Of a DNA stretch of 64,000 bases, positions 10,218 to 19,234 are shown in pieces. Source of the DNA: an uncultured Bacteroidota bacterium (GTDB taxonomy: Bacteria > Bacteroidota > Bacteroidia > Chitinophagales > Chitinophagaceae); the NCBI GenBank assembly GCA_963711345.1, contig CAVQDS010000002.1, forward strand, positions 717,869 to 781,868. The letters are read 5' to 3'. A model generated the notes under the pieces. It worked only from the letters and a program-made list of their open reading frames with translations, was not told the origin of the DNA and did not search any database. Position 1 is the stretch's first letter, and each line of letters begins with the position of its first letter. The position numbers and the translations under genes are program-made.

Positions 10218-10914
10218 ATGGGAAGAGCAAAGTTACCCAGGAAGAGCACGAACATCGACATGACTGCGATGTGCGACGTGGCCTTCCTATTGCTTTCTTT
10301 CTTCATCCTGGCTACCAAGTTCAAACCACCGGAAGCATTGTCTGTAATCACACCGAGTTCGGTGTCGACCAAAACGGCTCCGGAAAAAAATGTTGTGCTT
10401 GTAACTATCGATAAAGACGGGAAAGTATATCTGTCCGTTTCCGACGCCAATGTGGCCGAGAAAAAGGACCATGATTGATGCAATCAATACATCAAAAAAT
10501 ATTGGTTTATCAGATGCGGAAAAAGCCAATTTCGTCAATATTCCAAATGCATATATCGGTGCTCCATTCAGCCAGTTGAAATCTTACCTGGATAAGAATC
10601 CGGAACAGCTGAGGAATGTAATTAAACCCGGTATTCCGGCAGTGGACAGTACGAACAATGAAATGATTGACTGGTTCAGAGCCGCTCAGGATGCATTTCA
10701 GGGAAAGAAAATGAATATTCTGGTCAAAGGGGATGATGCATCGAAATATCCTTCTTTACAGGGGGTGATCATTGCATTGAAAAAGAACGACCTCATGAAG
10801 TTCCAGGTTGTTACGAGTCCGGTTCCGGCACCATTGGGTTCAGAACTTTACAAAGCACAACAGGCAACGGGAACGAAAGCAGTTAGATTAATTAACATTA
10901 AAAAAAACAGAGAC
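10218..10914 (+). pseudogene. exbD: Biopolymer transporter ExbD (long form); frameshifted, with no in-frame stop before the next exbD
   Basis: The N-terminus carries the ExbD/TolR motif (IDMTAMCDVAFLLLSFFIL). The frame changes at gagaaaaagg (A5, 10461-10465). The continuation ([13 protein letters not shown]...) then runs without a stop into the next gene. The 3' end is uncertain. Confidence 0.65.
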
Positions 10915-11449
10915 ATGGCAGAAATGGATACCTCGGGCGGCGGTGGCCATAAAAAGGGCCCCGGCGTCAAAAAAGGAAAGAAGCTCTCTACCCGGGTGGA
11001 TCTGACTCCGATGGTGGATCTGGGTTTCCTGCTGATCACCTTTTTCATCTTTACAACAACCATGAGCCAGCCTACGGCCATGCGTTTGTTTTTGCCCAAG
11101 GATGTAAAAAATCCTGATGAGCAGAATAAGGTGAAGAACTCAGCGGTTATTACCCTGATGCTTGGCAAGAATGACCAGATCTATTATTACGAAGGAGACA
11201 GTGCAGCCGGTTTGAAAGCCACGGACTTCAAAAACGTACGTGATATTGTAGTCGACAAAAAGAGAAGGACCGATGCTAAGGATTTTGTGGTGATTATCAA
11301 GCCAACAGTCAGATGCAACGTATAAGAATACGATCAATATCCTGGACGAAATGACCATCGATGGCGTGAAACGGTATGCGATGGTGGATATATCACCGGT
11401 CGAGTATAATTATATTAAAGCGACGGAGAAAGCCAACGGGATAAATTAG
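10915..11449 (+). pseudogene. exbD: Biopolymer transporter ExbD (short form), frameshift near its 3' end
   Basis: It starts [34 protein letters not shown]. At about 11305-11312 the frame shifts, and the third frame continues [45 protein letters not shown] to TAG at 11447-11449. Confidence 0.75.
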
Positions 11450-11506
11450 CGGCGGGATTTTTGTGGAAATTTTATTAAATTGAGTCATTATAAGAAATAG
11501 CCCATC

Positions 11507-12322
11507 ATGGAAATAAATAAAATACTAACCGCGGATGTGCTTGATATCATCTTCGATGGAAGAAACAAGCAGTACGGTGCTTACGATCTGCGTAAGACTT
11601 ACAACAAACGTCTGCGAACTGCGATGCTGGTAATGCTGGGTGCCGTGGTCGCCCTGATTGTTGGATATTTGATCAGCAACTATCAGGGAAAGGGCAAGGT
11701 AGCACAACAGGTAGTGCAGGACGTTCAGCTGGAAGATGTTAAGGAAGAAAAAAAGAACGAACCACCACCGCCCCCTCCTCCTCCAAAGCCACCACCACAG
11801 GTGGAAATGGCGAAATTCACCCCTCCGAAGATTGTAAAGGATGAGGAAGTGAAAGCCGAAGAAAAACCGCCTGAAGTTGAAAAGCTGGAAGACACCAAGA
11901 TTGGTAATGCCAACCAGGAAGGTATCAAGGATGATAATATTACCGCACCGCCAGCAGATAATAAAGGCGTGGTGGAAGCCCCCAAGGATAATACAGATTA
12001 CGATAAGACATTTACCAAAGTAGAAATCGAATCAGAATATCCCGGAGGTATTGCGGCCTGGTATCGTTATCTCCAGAAGAACCTCGTGTATCCTGATGAA
12101 GCCGTGAGTGCTGAAATTCAGGGACAGGTGATCGTTCGTTTTATTGTTGACAAGGAAGGAGTGGTCAGTGAAGTGGAAGCCGTGAGTGGTCCTCCCGAAC
12201 TCCGTGATGCAGCGGTTCGTGTTATCAAGAAAAGTGGTAACTGGATTGCCGCCGTTCAGAACGGAAGAAAAGTAAAATCATACAAGAGCCAGCCCGTCAA
12301 CTTTAAGCTCGAAGCACAGTAA
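11507..12322 (+). CDS. tonB: Energy transducer TonB
   Basis: It has an N-terminal anchor, a proline-rich spacer (EPPPPPPPPKPPPQ) and a C-terminal TonB domain (YPGGIAAWYRYLQKNLVYPDEAVSAEIQGQVIVRFIVDKEG). Confidence 0.85.
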   Translation: MEINKILTADVLDIIFDGRNKQYGAYDLRKTYNKRLRTAMLVMLGAVVALIVGYLISNYQGKGKVAQQVVQDVQLEDVKEEKKNEPPPPPPPPKPPPQVEMAKFTPPKIVKDEEVKAEEKPPEVEKLEDTKIGNANQEGIKDDNITAPPADNKGVVEAPKDNTDYDKTFTKVEIESEYPGGIAAWYRYLQKNLVYPDEAVSAEIQGQVIVRFIVDKEGVVSEVEAVSGPPELRDAAVRVIKKSGNWIAAVQNGRKVKSYKSQPVNFKLEAQ

Positions 12323-12346
12323 TCATTTTTCATTGTTTTATTTGCA

Positions 12347-12377
12347 GCCCGGAAAGTATCACGCTTTCGGGCTTTTT
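12347..12377 (+). terminator. Rho-independent-type terminator after tonB
   Basis: The stem is gcccggaaag / ctttcgggc (one bulge), the loop is tatcacg, and a TTTTT tract follows. Confidence 0.6.
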
Positions 12378-12443
12378 CGTTTATCGTTCATCGTGTATCG
12401 TTTATCGATCAACGATCAACGATCTACGATCCACGATATACGA
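12377..12443. repeat. Heptamer-periodic hairpin of the CGTNNAT family
   Basis: The arm tcgtttatcgttcatcgtgtatcgtttatcg faces atcaacgatcaacgatctacgatccacgatatacga. This is the third member of the family in the window and lies just upstream of mnmE. Confidence 0.7.
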
Positions 12444-12457
12444 CTTATCTTTATCAA

Positions 12458-13819
12458 ATGCTGGGAAAGTTAACCGGTTGGGACGACACCATCGTGGCAC
12501 TTGCTACAGCCCCGGGCATCGGTGCACTGGCGGTGATCAGGCTGAGCGGGCCTGATAGTATCAAGATTGTAAAAGGATTATTTCCTTCCAAAGATTTATC
12601 GAAGCAGGAATCGCATACACTGCATGTGGGCATGTTGAAAAACGGGGAGGAGGTATTGGATGAAGTTGTCATTTCGATTTATCGCGCACCGAAATCTTAT
12701 ACAGGTGAAGATGTGGTGGAGATAAGTTGTCACGGTTCCGTGCATATCGAAGATAAAATTCTCGCAGCATGTATTCATCATGGAGCAAGGCTTGCACGCG
12801 CTGGCGAATTTACACAAAGAGCTTTTCTGAAAGGAAAGATGGATCTCACACAGGCAGAAGCTGTGGCGGATCTGATCGCATCGCATTCGGAAGCTTCACG
12901 TGTTTCCGCACTGCATACAATGCGTGGTGGATTTGCAAATGACCTGAAAATATTGCGGGAGCAGTTGCTGGGATTTTCGGCGCTGATGGAACTGGAACTC
13001 GACTTCTCCCAGGAGGATGTGGAATTTGCGGACAGGAAAAAATTCTATACACTGATTGAAGAAGCACAGCGTGTAACATCAGAACTCATCGAATCTTTCG
13101 CATACGGCAATGCGATTCGTCAGGGAGTGCAGGTAGCGATTGTAGGGAAACCCAATGCTGGTAAATCGACACTGCTGAATAGTTTACTGAATGAGGATCG
13201 CGCCATTGTAAGTGAGATTGCCGGTACCACGAGAGATACCATTGAAGAAATAATTATTATTGAAGGAATAGAATTCAGGCTGATCGATACAGCGGGTATC
13301 CGCGCGCATACATCAGACAGGATCGAACAGATGGGCATGGACAAGACAAAAGAGAAAATAGAACAGGCAGATATTGTGATGGAGATACTGGATGCTTCAG
13401 AACCCTATCACGAAAATCTCCAGGTAGAAAAAGAAAAACTCTTACGTGTATTAAATAAAACAGATTTGTTTTCTGATGGGATGCCCGGAGTAAATTATCT
13501 GAATCACGATTTGATTTTTATTTCGGCAAAAACTTCCTTCGGCGTGGACAAATTAAAACGCGCCTTAGTGAAGCGTGTGCTCAATGGAAAAAAACCCCGC
13601 GAAGGAACCGTTGTTACCAATGCGCGTCACCACGAAGCGCTGACAAAAGTCGCCATCGCACTGCAGGATATCCGCACCGGTCTCGACAACAAAGTATCCG
13701 GCGATCTCCTCTCATCTGATATCCGCCGCGCTCTTCATTACCTCGGTGAGATCACGGGCGAGATCACCAACGAAGAACAACTGAGTTGGATTTTTGGGAA
13801 GTTTTGTATCGGGAAGTAA
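12458..13819 (+). CDS. mnmE: tRNA uridine-5-carboxymethylaminomethyl(34) synthesis GTPase MnmE
   Basis: It has a G domain (GKPNAGKSTLLN, DTAGIR, NKTD) and the family-typical C-terminal FCIGK. It is intact at 453 aa. Confidence 0.95.
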   Translation: MLGKLTGWDDTIVALATAPGIGALAVIRLSGPDSIKIVKGLFPSKDLSKQESHTLHVGMLKNGEEVLDEVVISIYRAPKSYTGEDVVEISCHGSVHIEDKILAACIHHGARLARAGEFTQRAFLKGKMDLTQAEAVADLIASHSEASRVSALHTMRGGFANDLKILREQLLGFSALMELELDFSQEDVEFADRKKFYTLIEEAQRVTSELIESFAYGNAIRQGVQVAIVGKPNAGKSTLLNSLLNEDRAIVSEIAGTTRDTIEEIIIIEGIEFRLIDTAGIRAHTSDRIEQMGMDKTKEKIEQADIVMEILDASEPYHENLQVEKEKLLRVLNKTDLFSDGMPGVNYLNHDLIFISAKTSFGVDKLKRALVKRVLNGKKPREGTVVTNARHHEALTKVAIALQDIRTGLDNKVSGDLLSSDIRRALHYLGEITGEITNEEQLSWIFGKFCIGK

Positions 13820-14059
13820 CCTCTCCACGATAGATGCACGTTCCCTGCGAAGTACATTCAGTCTCACGGTAATTCATTTGCCTTTTGTTGCTTTTCTTCG
13901 CCTTTAGTAGCCTTTCTTTCGGTACTAATCTGTTACTAAATCCTGTTCTCGTAAAGTGCTTGATTTTGGTGGCCAGATTATAGGTCACAATGATACGGTA
14001 TGATACCTTATGATACGTAATGATACAGTATGATACCTTATGACACGGAATGATACAAT
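13802..14059 (+). repeat. Junction J0 (attL-like): core inside mnmE + type-1 arm + Box B + Box C + 7 decamers
   Basis: The core TTTTGTATCGGGAAGTAAC (13802-13820) contains the mnmE stop codon. It is followed by ctctccacgatagatgc..., Box B tactaatctgttactaaatcc (about 13923), Box C ggtggccagattataggtcac, and ATGATACNNT x7 (13990-14059). Confidence 0.85.
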
Positions 14060-14310
14060 ATAATAGTAGTTCGATGATGTGTTAATTCTTCGAAAATTAG
14101 GTATTGGAATAAAAGGATAAGCATTGAACGATGACATAATGAATGCTATTTTTGCATTAATGAAAATTGGCAACAGTCAACGATACAAAATTTTACCAAT
14201 GGTCTATGTAATTTTTAATTATGAATAATATATGGAAGATATTATAGATCAAATTTTGACCACCCGGTTTTACTGAAATTTCTTAACTTACTATTTAATA
14301 GCCATGTGTA

Positions 14311-15012
14311 ATGAATATCCCCGCCTTTTTTAAGTCTTTATTAATCTTGTTTGTGATTGCCTTCACCTGTATGAACGTCAGTGGGCAGACAAACAGTGAT
14401 TCATTAACCGTGAAAAATAAACTTGTTGCACTTCGAAATGATTTCGTTAGCAAAATTGAGGCCATGGGGTATCATCCACGGCTTAATTCACCTGAAATTA
14501 TAATGGATAACCCGCCTTCTTTTGGAAACTACAATGATTCGAGCAATACCATTCGTACCAGCAATTGGAACACATTATCTGCAGCAGACAAAGAACTGTT
14601 TAACAGAGCCGGCAAGAGATATGGATATTCCGGAGAAGATTATTTTGAGTCCAGTGCACATCGTTGGATTTTCATCCACGAACTCGGACATTGGTGGCGA
14701 GCCTGCCAGCAACAGGTGACTGATCCTTATTCGAGTGAAATGGCAGCTAATAGGATCGATATCGCTTATTGGCGGGAAACAGATACTGCGTACAGCAGTT
14801 TTTCCAGACGGCGACATGAAAATTATCTTAAGTTGATGCCTAATCCCGTTCCTGAAGGGCAGGATAAGCAAAAGTATCTAAATGACAATTATGGTAAGCT
14901 ACCAATACCCGTTTATATCTGGTATCAGGCTTCGATGATTGTTGATGGATATAACGAGACACCAATAGCCTCGTTCAAAGAAGCTATTAAACTTGCCGGT
15001 AACAAAAATTAG
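14311..15012 (+). CDS. Secreted protein with an HExxH motif (possible zinc-metallopeptidase-like), function unknown
   Basis: It has a signal peptide (LILFVIAFTCMNVSGQ) and an FIHELGHWW motif. I recognise no further family. Confidence 0.5.
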   Translation: MNIPAFFKSLLILFVIAFTCMNVSGQTNSDSLTVKNKLVALRNDFVSKIEAMGYHPRLNSPEIIMDNPPSFGNYNDSSNTIRTSNWNTLSAADKELFNRAGKRYGYSGEDYFESSAHRWIFIHELGHWWRACQQQVTDPYSSEMAANRIDIAYWRETDTAYSSFSRRRHENYLKLMPNPVPEGQDKQKYLNDNYGKLPIPVYIWYQASMIVDGYNETPIASFKEAIKLAGNKN

Positions 15013-15090
15013 CGGACGATGTTATTTATAGGTTTCCCACCTTCTGAAAAGGCCAATTCAAAACTTCATTTCTTGGGGGAGGCTCTATCT

Positions 15091-15321
15091 GCCTTTGGTT
15101 GCTTTTCTTCGCCTTTAGTCGCCATTCTTTCGCTCCTAATCTGTTACTAAATTCTGTTCTTGTGAATTGCCATGAAATGATGGCCAGATTATGGGCACTA
15201 ATGATACTGTATGATACGGTATGATACGGTATGATATCGTATGATACGGTGAAAATCCAGAGCTCCTAAGGGAAACCATGTATGAGAGCTGCCGGAATAT
15301 TACGCGTTGAGGAAACTTGAT
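15091..15321 (+). repeat. Junction J1: Box B + Box C + 5 decamers + 70-nt tail (no Box A or core)
   Basis: It reads ggttgcttttcttcgcctttagtcgcc..tcctaatctgttactaaattc..tggccagattatgggcac. The decamers are at 15201-15250. The tail at 15251-15321 is shared with J2 and J10. Confidence 0.8.
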
Positions 15322-15477
15322 TTATTTATTGTGGGTTTAAGTATATAATGGAAATAGATGAAGCATGAAATCTGAAGCAAATGAGAAATGGTCAGACTCA
15401 TTAACAATTCCTTTTAATAAATTTAACTATTTTTGAATGAGCATTTTATTCTGTCTCATCGCCCAAACCTTATCGGC

Positions 15478-15957
15478 ATGAAATCAGTAATTGTCAGTGC
15501 AATCTCCTGCGCTATCTTTCTCGCAGCTTGTAATAAGAACGGTACTACACTTACACCCGCACAAGCAATAGAAGGCAGTTACACCGCTTACAAACACCAC
15601 CGCTTTGACTCGGTAACCAGCTACCCGGTTAATGGCAGAACGATAACCATGCAAATTGATGCCATTGGCGAAGACTCCGTCAGGCTGCAAATCAGATCTG
15701 TACAAAATGGATTCTATTCTCCGGGGGACACGGTTATTGATCGTCACCTATTCGTTCAAAAGATGTTTACAGGATACCAGGTTTCGCTTGGCGACCCGGT
15801 TGATCCCGGCACTGCCGAAAATTCTATTAGGTTTGATGCTTCATTTGATCGCTACTTTGGCGTTTATCTATATAATGGTTACTATGGCTATTATGTATAT
15901 GTGCCGCCAGGATACAAACAGGGTGCCGTACAAACTCTTTTTAAAAAAATGCAATAA
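15478..15957 (+). CDS. Lipoprotein, unknown function
   Basis: The ATG at 15478 gives MKSVIVSAISCAIFLAACNK (lipobox LAAC). This is preferred over the upstream alternative start at 15433 in the ORF track. Confidence 0.5.
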   Translation: MKSVIVSAISCAIFLAACNKNGTTLTPAQAIEGSYTAYKHHRFDSVTSYPVNGRTITMQIDAIGEDSVRLQIRSVQNGFYSPGDTVIDRHLFVQKMFTGYQVSLGDPVDPGTAENSIRFDASFDRYFGVYLYNGYYGYYVYVPPGYKQGAVQTLFKKMQ

Positions 15958-16170
15958 GACCAAAGCCGTGAGTTCAGTCTCTCTTTTTCTTTGGTCGCCG
16001 TCCACGATCTGATTAATGTTTCCTTCGGGCTCATGGTGAACAGCTCCCGGGTTCCGGCATAGGCCCGGATTCGCTTCTCACGATGTTTTAGCCTGGGCAG
16101 GAATCCACCGGCAAAAACTAAAACCGGGTACCAGAGCACAACATAAATTCTGGTTTTGAGATTTGACTGT

Positions 16171-16320
16171 TTTTTGGTGGCCAGAATATGGGTCACAATA
16201 ATACGGTATGATACGGTATGATACGGTATGATATCGTATGATACGGTGGAATTCACATGCTCCTAAGGGTAAACATGTAGAAGATCTTGCGTATTGCAAG
16301 AGTTGATTAAACTCGATATA
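16171..16320 (+). repeat. Junction J2: Box C + 5 decamers + tail (no Box A, core or Box B)
   Basis: It reads tttttggtggccagaatatgggtcac. The decamers are at 16198-16247. The tail ggaattcacatgctcctaagggtaaacatg... is homologous to 15251-15321. Confidence 0.75.
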
Positions 16321-16381
16321 TTTAATATTGAAACCCGCACGTATTAACACAAACTCTTATTTCAAAACAAAGTTTCCACTT

Positions 16382-16840
16382 ATGTTTAAAGCGATTTATC
16401 TCTCACTCTACTTATTAATTACGATTATTTCTTCAAAAGGCCAAAGTATTGACAGCCTTAGATTGAATGATAGTGAAATACCCATTGGTTATGCGAAGAG
16501 TAATGAACTGCTTTGTAAAACGCCTCATGCTTTGTCAATATACCAACAGATGGACATGTTTGAATCATTTTTAGGTAAATTAGAACATAAAGATTTCCAA
16601 TCCTTTGAGAAAAAGGGAGATTCAGGCAGTATTTTATACTTTCAATTTCAGAAAGATTTTACAGGTCAAGGGTTTTTAGACGGCCTACTATGGGGATCGG
16701 ATGGTAAGCCAAGTAAATCAGAACCTGATGAGTACTTTGCTAAAGGGAACATACTTGTTGTCTGGAGTTTTAATTTAAAGAGCAACCTAAAATCCATTTC
16801 GAAAGAAAAGGTGGAAAGACTTTCAAATTCTATTAAGTAA
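16382..16840 (+). CDS. Hypothetical secreted protein
   Basis: The ATG at 16382 gives MFKAIYLSLYLLITIISSKGQ (signal peptide). I recognise no domain. Confidence 0.45.
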   Translation: MFKAIYLSLYLLITIISSKGQSIDSLRLNDSEIPIGYAKSNELLCKTPHALSIYQQMDMFESFLGKLEHKDFQSFEKKGDSGSILYFQFQKDFTGQGFLDGLLWGSDGKPSKSEPDEYFAKGNILVVWSFNLKSNLKSISKEKVERLSNSIK

Positions 16841-16848
16841 AGAAAAAT

Positions 16849-17187
16849 ATGGAAATTACTTTGAAAGATTATATAAGGAAAACCTTGGAAGAAATAAATG
16901 CAGGTCTGCCTGCGGGGTACGTCATTGAAGAAACCATCGATTTTGAAGTTTCAGTTAGTACAAGCCTCAATAAAAAGGGTGGAGTGGAGATAAAAGTGTT
17001 TACTGGTAACATTTCAAAAGAAGATCAATCTATCCAAACCGTGGCTTTTTCGGTTATCAATGAGGCAGATAAGAAAAAATCATTCGACCAATCGGCCAAA
17101 CACTTATTGAATTATATAGAAAAGGGGATAAAGCGTTTGTCGAAACTTTCAGAAAACCAAAAGCCATTCAAAAAACAAGGCGGTTAA
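16849..17187 (+). CDS. Hypothetical protein (112 aa)
   Basis: It is an ORF with an ATG start, tightly spaced after the previous gene. I recognise no domain. Confidence 0.4.
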   Translation: MEITLKDYIRKTLEEINAGLPAGYVIEETIDFEVSVSTSLNKKGGVEIKVFTGNISKEDQSIQTVAFSVINEADKKKSFDQSAKHLLNYIEKGIKRLSKLSENQKPFKKQGG

Positions 17188-17217
17188 CAGGAATCTAAGA
17201 TTTGAAGAAGGTACTTT

Positions 17218-17469
17218 ATGTTTAAGCGAGGCAACCCAATAGTATTTAAGAAAGGAAATGTTTCAGCACTTTTCGTTAGCACTCTTATGAGGATTAAAAA
17301 CGATATCGAAGGCGAGACCGAAGACTATATTCTTAATGTAAACGAATTGGAATATTCGGCGCATTTAGCAAATAAGTATAAATTTTTGGTACCCGAAATT
17401 CATTTTGACCAAGTTTATGCAGATAGTATGATGGGCCCTGTTTACAGGACAGATATTGTGTTAAACTAA
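17218..17469 (+). CDS. Hypothetical protein (83 aa), adjacent to an IS3 insertion
   Basis: It is a short ORF ending about 20 nt before the putative IS end. It may be a remnant of a longer gene. Confidence 0.3.
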   Translation: MFKRGNPIVFKKGNVSALFVSTLMRIKNDIEGETEDYILNVNELEYSAHLANKYKFLVPEIHFDQVYADSMMGPVYRTDIVLN

Positions 17470-17555
17470 GATAGAAAAGAACTTTGTTATTCGGTTAAAA
17501 GAAGTGGCGGCGGCTCCATTCAAAGAGCAAGGCGACACTTCTTTTAACTTCGGCA

Positions 17556-18374
17556 TCAGGCTACTTTTTTTTGCAGATAACATTCTGCAGGCGTTTTATA
17601 TTCGAGCGACTGGTGTGAGCGCTCGTGATTATAAAAAGAAAAATATTTCTGTAAGCCTTCATAAAGTAGAACGCCGTCCTGGGCCACATGCAGGTAAATG
17701 TGTTCATACTTCACCGATCTCCAGAGCCGCTCGATAAAAATATTGTCGATCGCCCTGCCTTTACCATCCATGCTGATCTGTATTTGTCTTCCCAACAGCA
17801 GGCCGGTAAAAACATCACTGGTAAATTGCGAGCCCTGATCGGTATTAAATATTTCCGGACATCCGTGCATTTCAAAAGCTTCTTCGACAACCCCGCCGCA
17901 CCATTCCGCTGTCATCGTATTACTCAGACCCCAGTTCACTACAAAGCGCGTATGCAAATCAATCACAGCGCATAGATACATAAACCCCCGGCGCATCGGA
18001 ACATACGTAATATCCATAGCCCAGACCTGGTTGGGTCTTTCTATCCGTAGACCTTTGAGCATATAGGGATAGAGCCTGTTTTGCTTATCGGGTTCACTGG
18101 TATTTTTATACCGGTACAACGTCTGCCATCCCATCACTTCCATCAGGCGTTTGGTCCGCTTGCGGTTAATTTTAAAATCCTGTTTCTTCAACCAGACCGT
18201 AAGCTTTCTGGATCCGTAAAACGGCGTTTTATAATACTGTTCATCCAGCAGACGCAGGATGGTCAGATTCTCTTCACTCTCCCTGCAGGGGGTGTAATAC
18301 AACCCGCTGCGATGAAGACCCAGTAGTCTGCATTGCCTTACAATACTCAAAGAACTATGTTTATGATCAATCAT
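17556..18374 (-). CDS. IS3-family transposase OrfB (DDE/rve integrase core)
   Basis: The sequence shows a typical rve domain (WAMDITYVP..FNTDQGSQFTS..YNHERSHQSL). Confidence 0.9.
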   Translation of the reverse strand: MIDHKHSSLSIVRQCRLLGLHRSGLYYTPCRESEENLTILRLLDEQYYKTPFYGSRKLTVWLKKQDFKINRKRTKRLMEVMGWQTLYRYKNTSEPDKQNRLYPYMLKGLRIERPNQVWAMDITYVPMRRGFMYLCAVIDLHTRFVVNWGLSNTMTAEWCGGVVEEAFEMHGCPEIFNTDQGSQFTSDVFTGLLLGRQIQISMDGKGRAIDNIFIERLWRSVKYEHIYLHVAQDGVLLYEGLQKYFSFYNHERSHQSLEYKTPAECYLQKKVA

Positions 18375-18400
18375 GGAACGATGTTCGCAAACCGGCTTTG

Positions 18401-18682
18401 CTATAAATTTTTTTTTAAAAAGTCGTTTTCCACTTTTAGTTGCCCGATCTGGGCATACAACTTCTCGGTTTGTTTTTCATGATCTGCAGCATCATCTGCT
18501 TTGTCTGCTCCAAATACCGAAGACATATTGGCTATCGCTTCCTTCTTCCAAATATTTATTTGATTGGGATGCAACTCATGCTTGCGGGCCAGCTCCTCAA
18601 TCGTGGAGCGTTCCCTTAATGCTTCCAGTACAACTTTCGCTTTGAATTCTGCGCTGAATTTACGCCTGGTTTTCTTTGCCAT
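18401..18682 (-). CDS. IS3-family transposase OrfA (HTH)
   Basis: MAKKTRRKFSAEFKAKVVLEAL.. is a typical IS3 OrfA. It ends in LKKNL at the A9 run, and the -1 frame continues into OrfB. Confidence 0.85.
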   Translation of the reverse strand: MAKKTRRKFSAEFKAKVVLEALRERSTIEELARKHELHPNQINIWKKEAIANMSSVFGADKADDAADHEKQTEKLYAQIGQLKVENDFLKKNL

Positions 18683-18697
18683 ATATGGTAATTTAAG

Positions 18698-19234
18698 ATG
18701 AAAAAATCATTCTTAAATACCTGTCCTATTTTTGGGGAACATCATAATAGCTATGAAGGAGAAATTCCCGCAGAATACTTTCCTGTAAGTTTTGATGTTC
18801 ATTCTGGGAAAAAATATAAAAGAGAAATTATCCAATATTGCATACCATGCGCTGGTGACGTAAGATTGCTCAACTATAGCCCTGCGTCGATGATAACATT
18901 GGGAGGAGGAGGAAACTTTGAAATAGATGGCAATACTTTAGTTACAGAAGTAATTAATTTCTATAATAATCCTGAAGAAATAAAGGGCAAATACGATAGC
19001 GAAGTTGGAGGAATCCACAGCAACTACTATACTTTAAAAAACGATATAGAAAATTTTAATTCTTCTCTAAACGATCAAATACTAGTTACGTTGCGACAAC
19101 GAAAGCAAAAAATACTTTCTAAAAATAATCTTCTTTCGCAATTGGGTGTTCCACTTAAAAAGAATGACGGTGTTGCTTCTACATTTGCTATTCCAAATCC
19201 CCAACACCGGGGGCTTTCCCTGAATATACCTTGA
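18698..19234 (+). CDS. Hypothetical protein; 5' end probably disrupted by the IS
   Basis: The first ~15 codons of the ORF overlap the putative IS terminus. The remainder has no recognised domain. It abuts the truncated rhs frame. Confidence 0.3.
   Translation: MKKSFLNTCPIFGEHHNSYEGEIPAEYFPVSFDVHSGKKYKREIIQYCIPCAGDVRLLNYSPASMITLGGGGNFEIDGNTLVTEVINFYNNPEEIKGKYDSEVGGIHSNYYTLKNDIENFNSSLNDQILVTLRQRKQKILSKNNLLSQLGVPLKKNDGVASTFAIPNPQHRGLSLNIP

Larger units (their letters stand above)
17486..18741 (-). mobile_element. IS3-family insertion sequence (copy 1), boundaries approximate
   Basis: It has an orfA/orfB pair with an A9 slippery run (T9 on the + strand, 18408-18416) at the orfA/orfB junction. 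The right end ...tttttggggaaca resembles the end of IS copy 2. The left inverted repeat is poorly matched by eye. Confidence 0.6.

Noticed and set aside
13764-13988. A minus-strand ORF across Box C and Box B whose DNA is conserved between junctions (..TYNLATKI.. recurs).
   Set aside because: Conservation is at the nucleotide level and includes frame-breaking indels between copies. The ORF starts and ends differ in every copy, which is consistent with a conserved non-coding junction rather than a small protein.
13985-14173. Minus-strand ORFs with repetitive peptides (..RIIRYHTVSLRIIRYHTVSL..). Similar ORFs are at 15891-16256, 16078-16350, 39853-40050 and 45131-45337.
   Set aside because: They are translations of the ATGATACNNT decamer arrays and adjacent junction DNA. 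The periodic peptide merely mirrors the 10-bp repeat read in shifting frames, and there is no independent coding signal.
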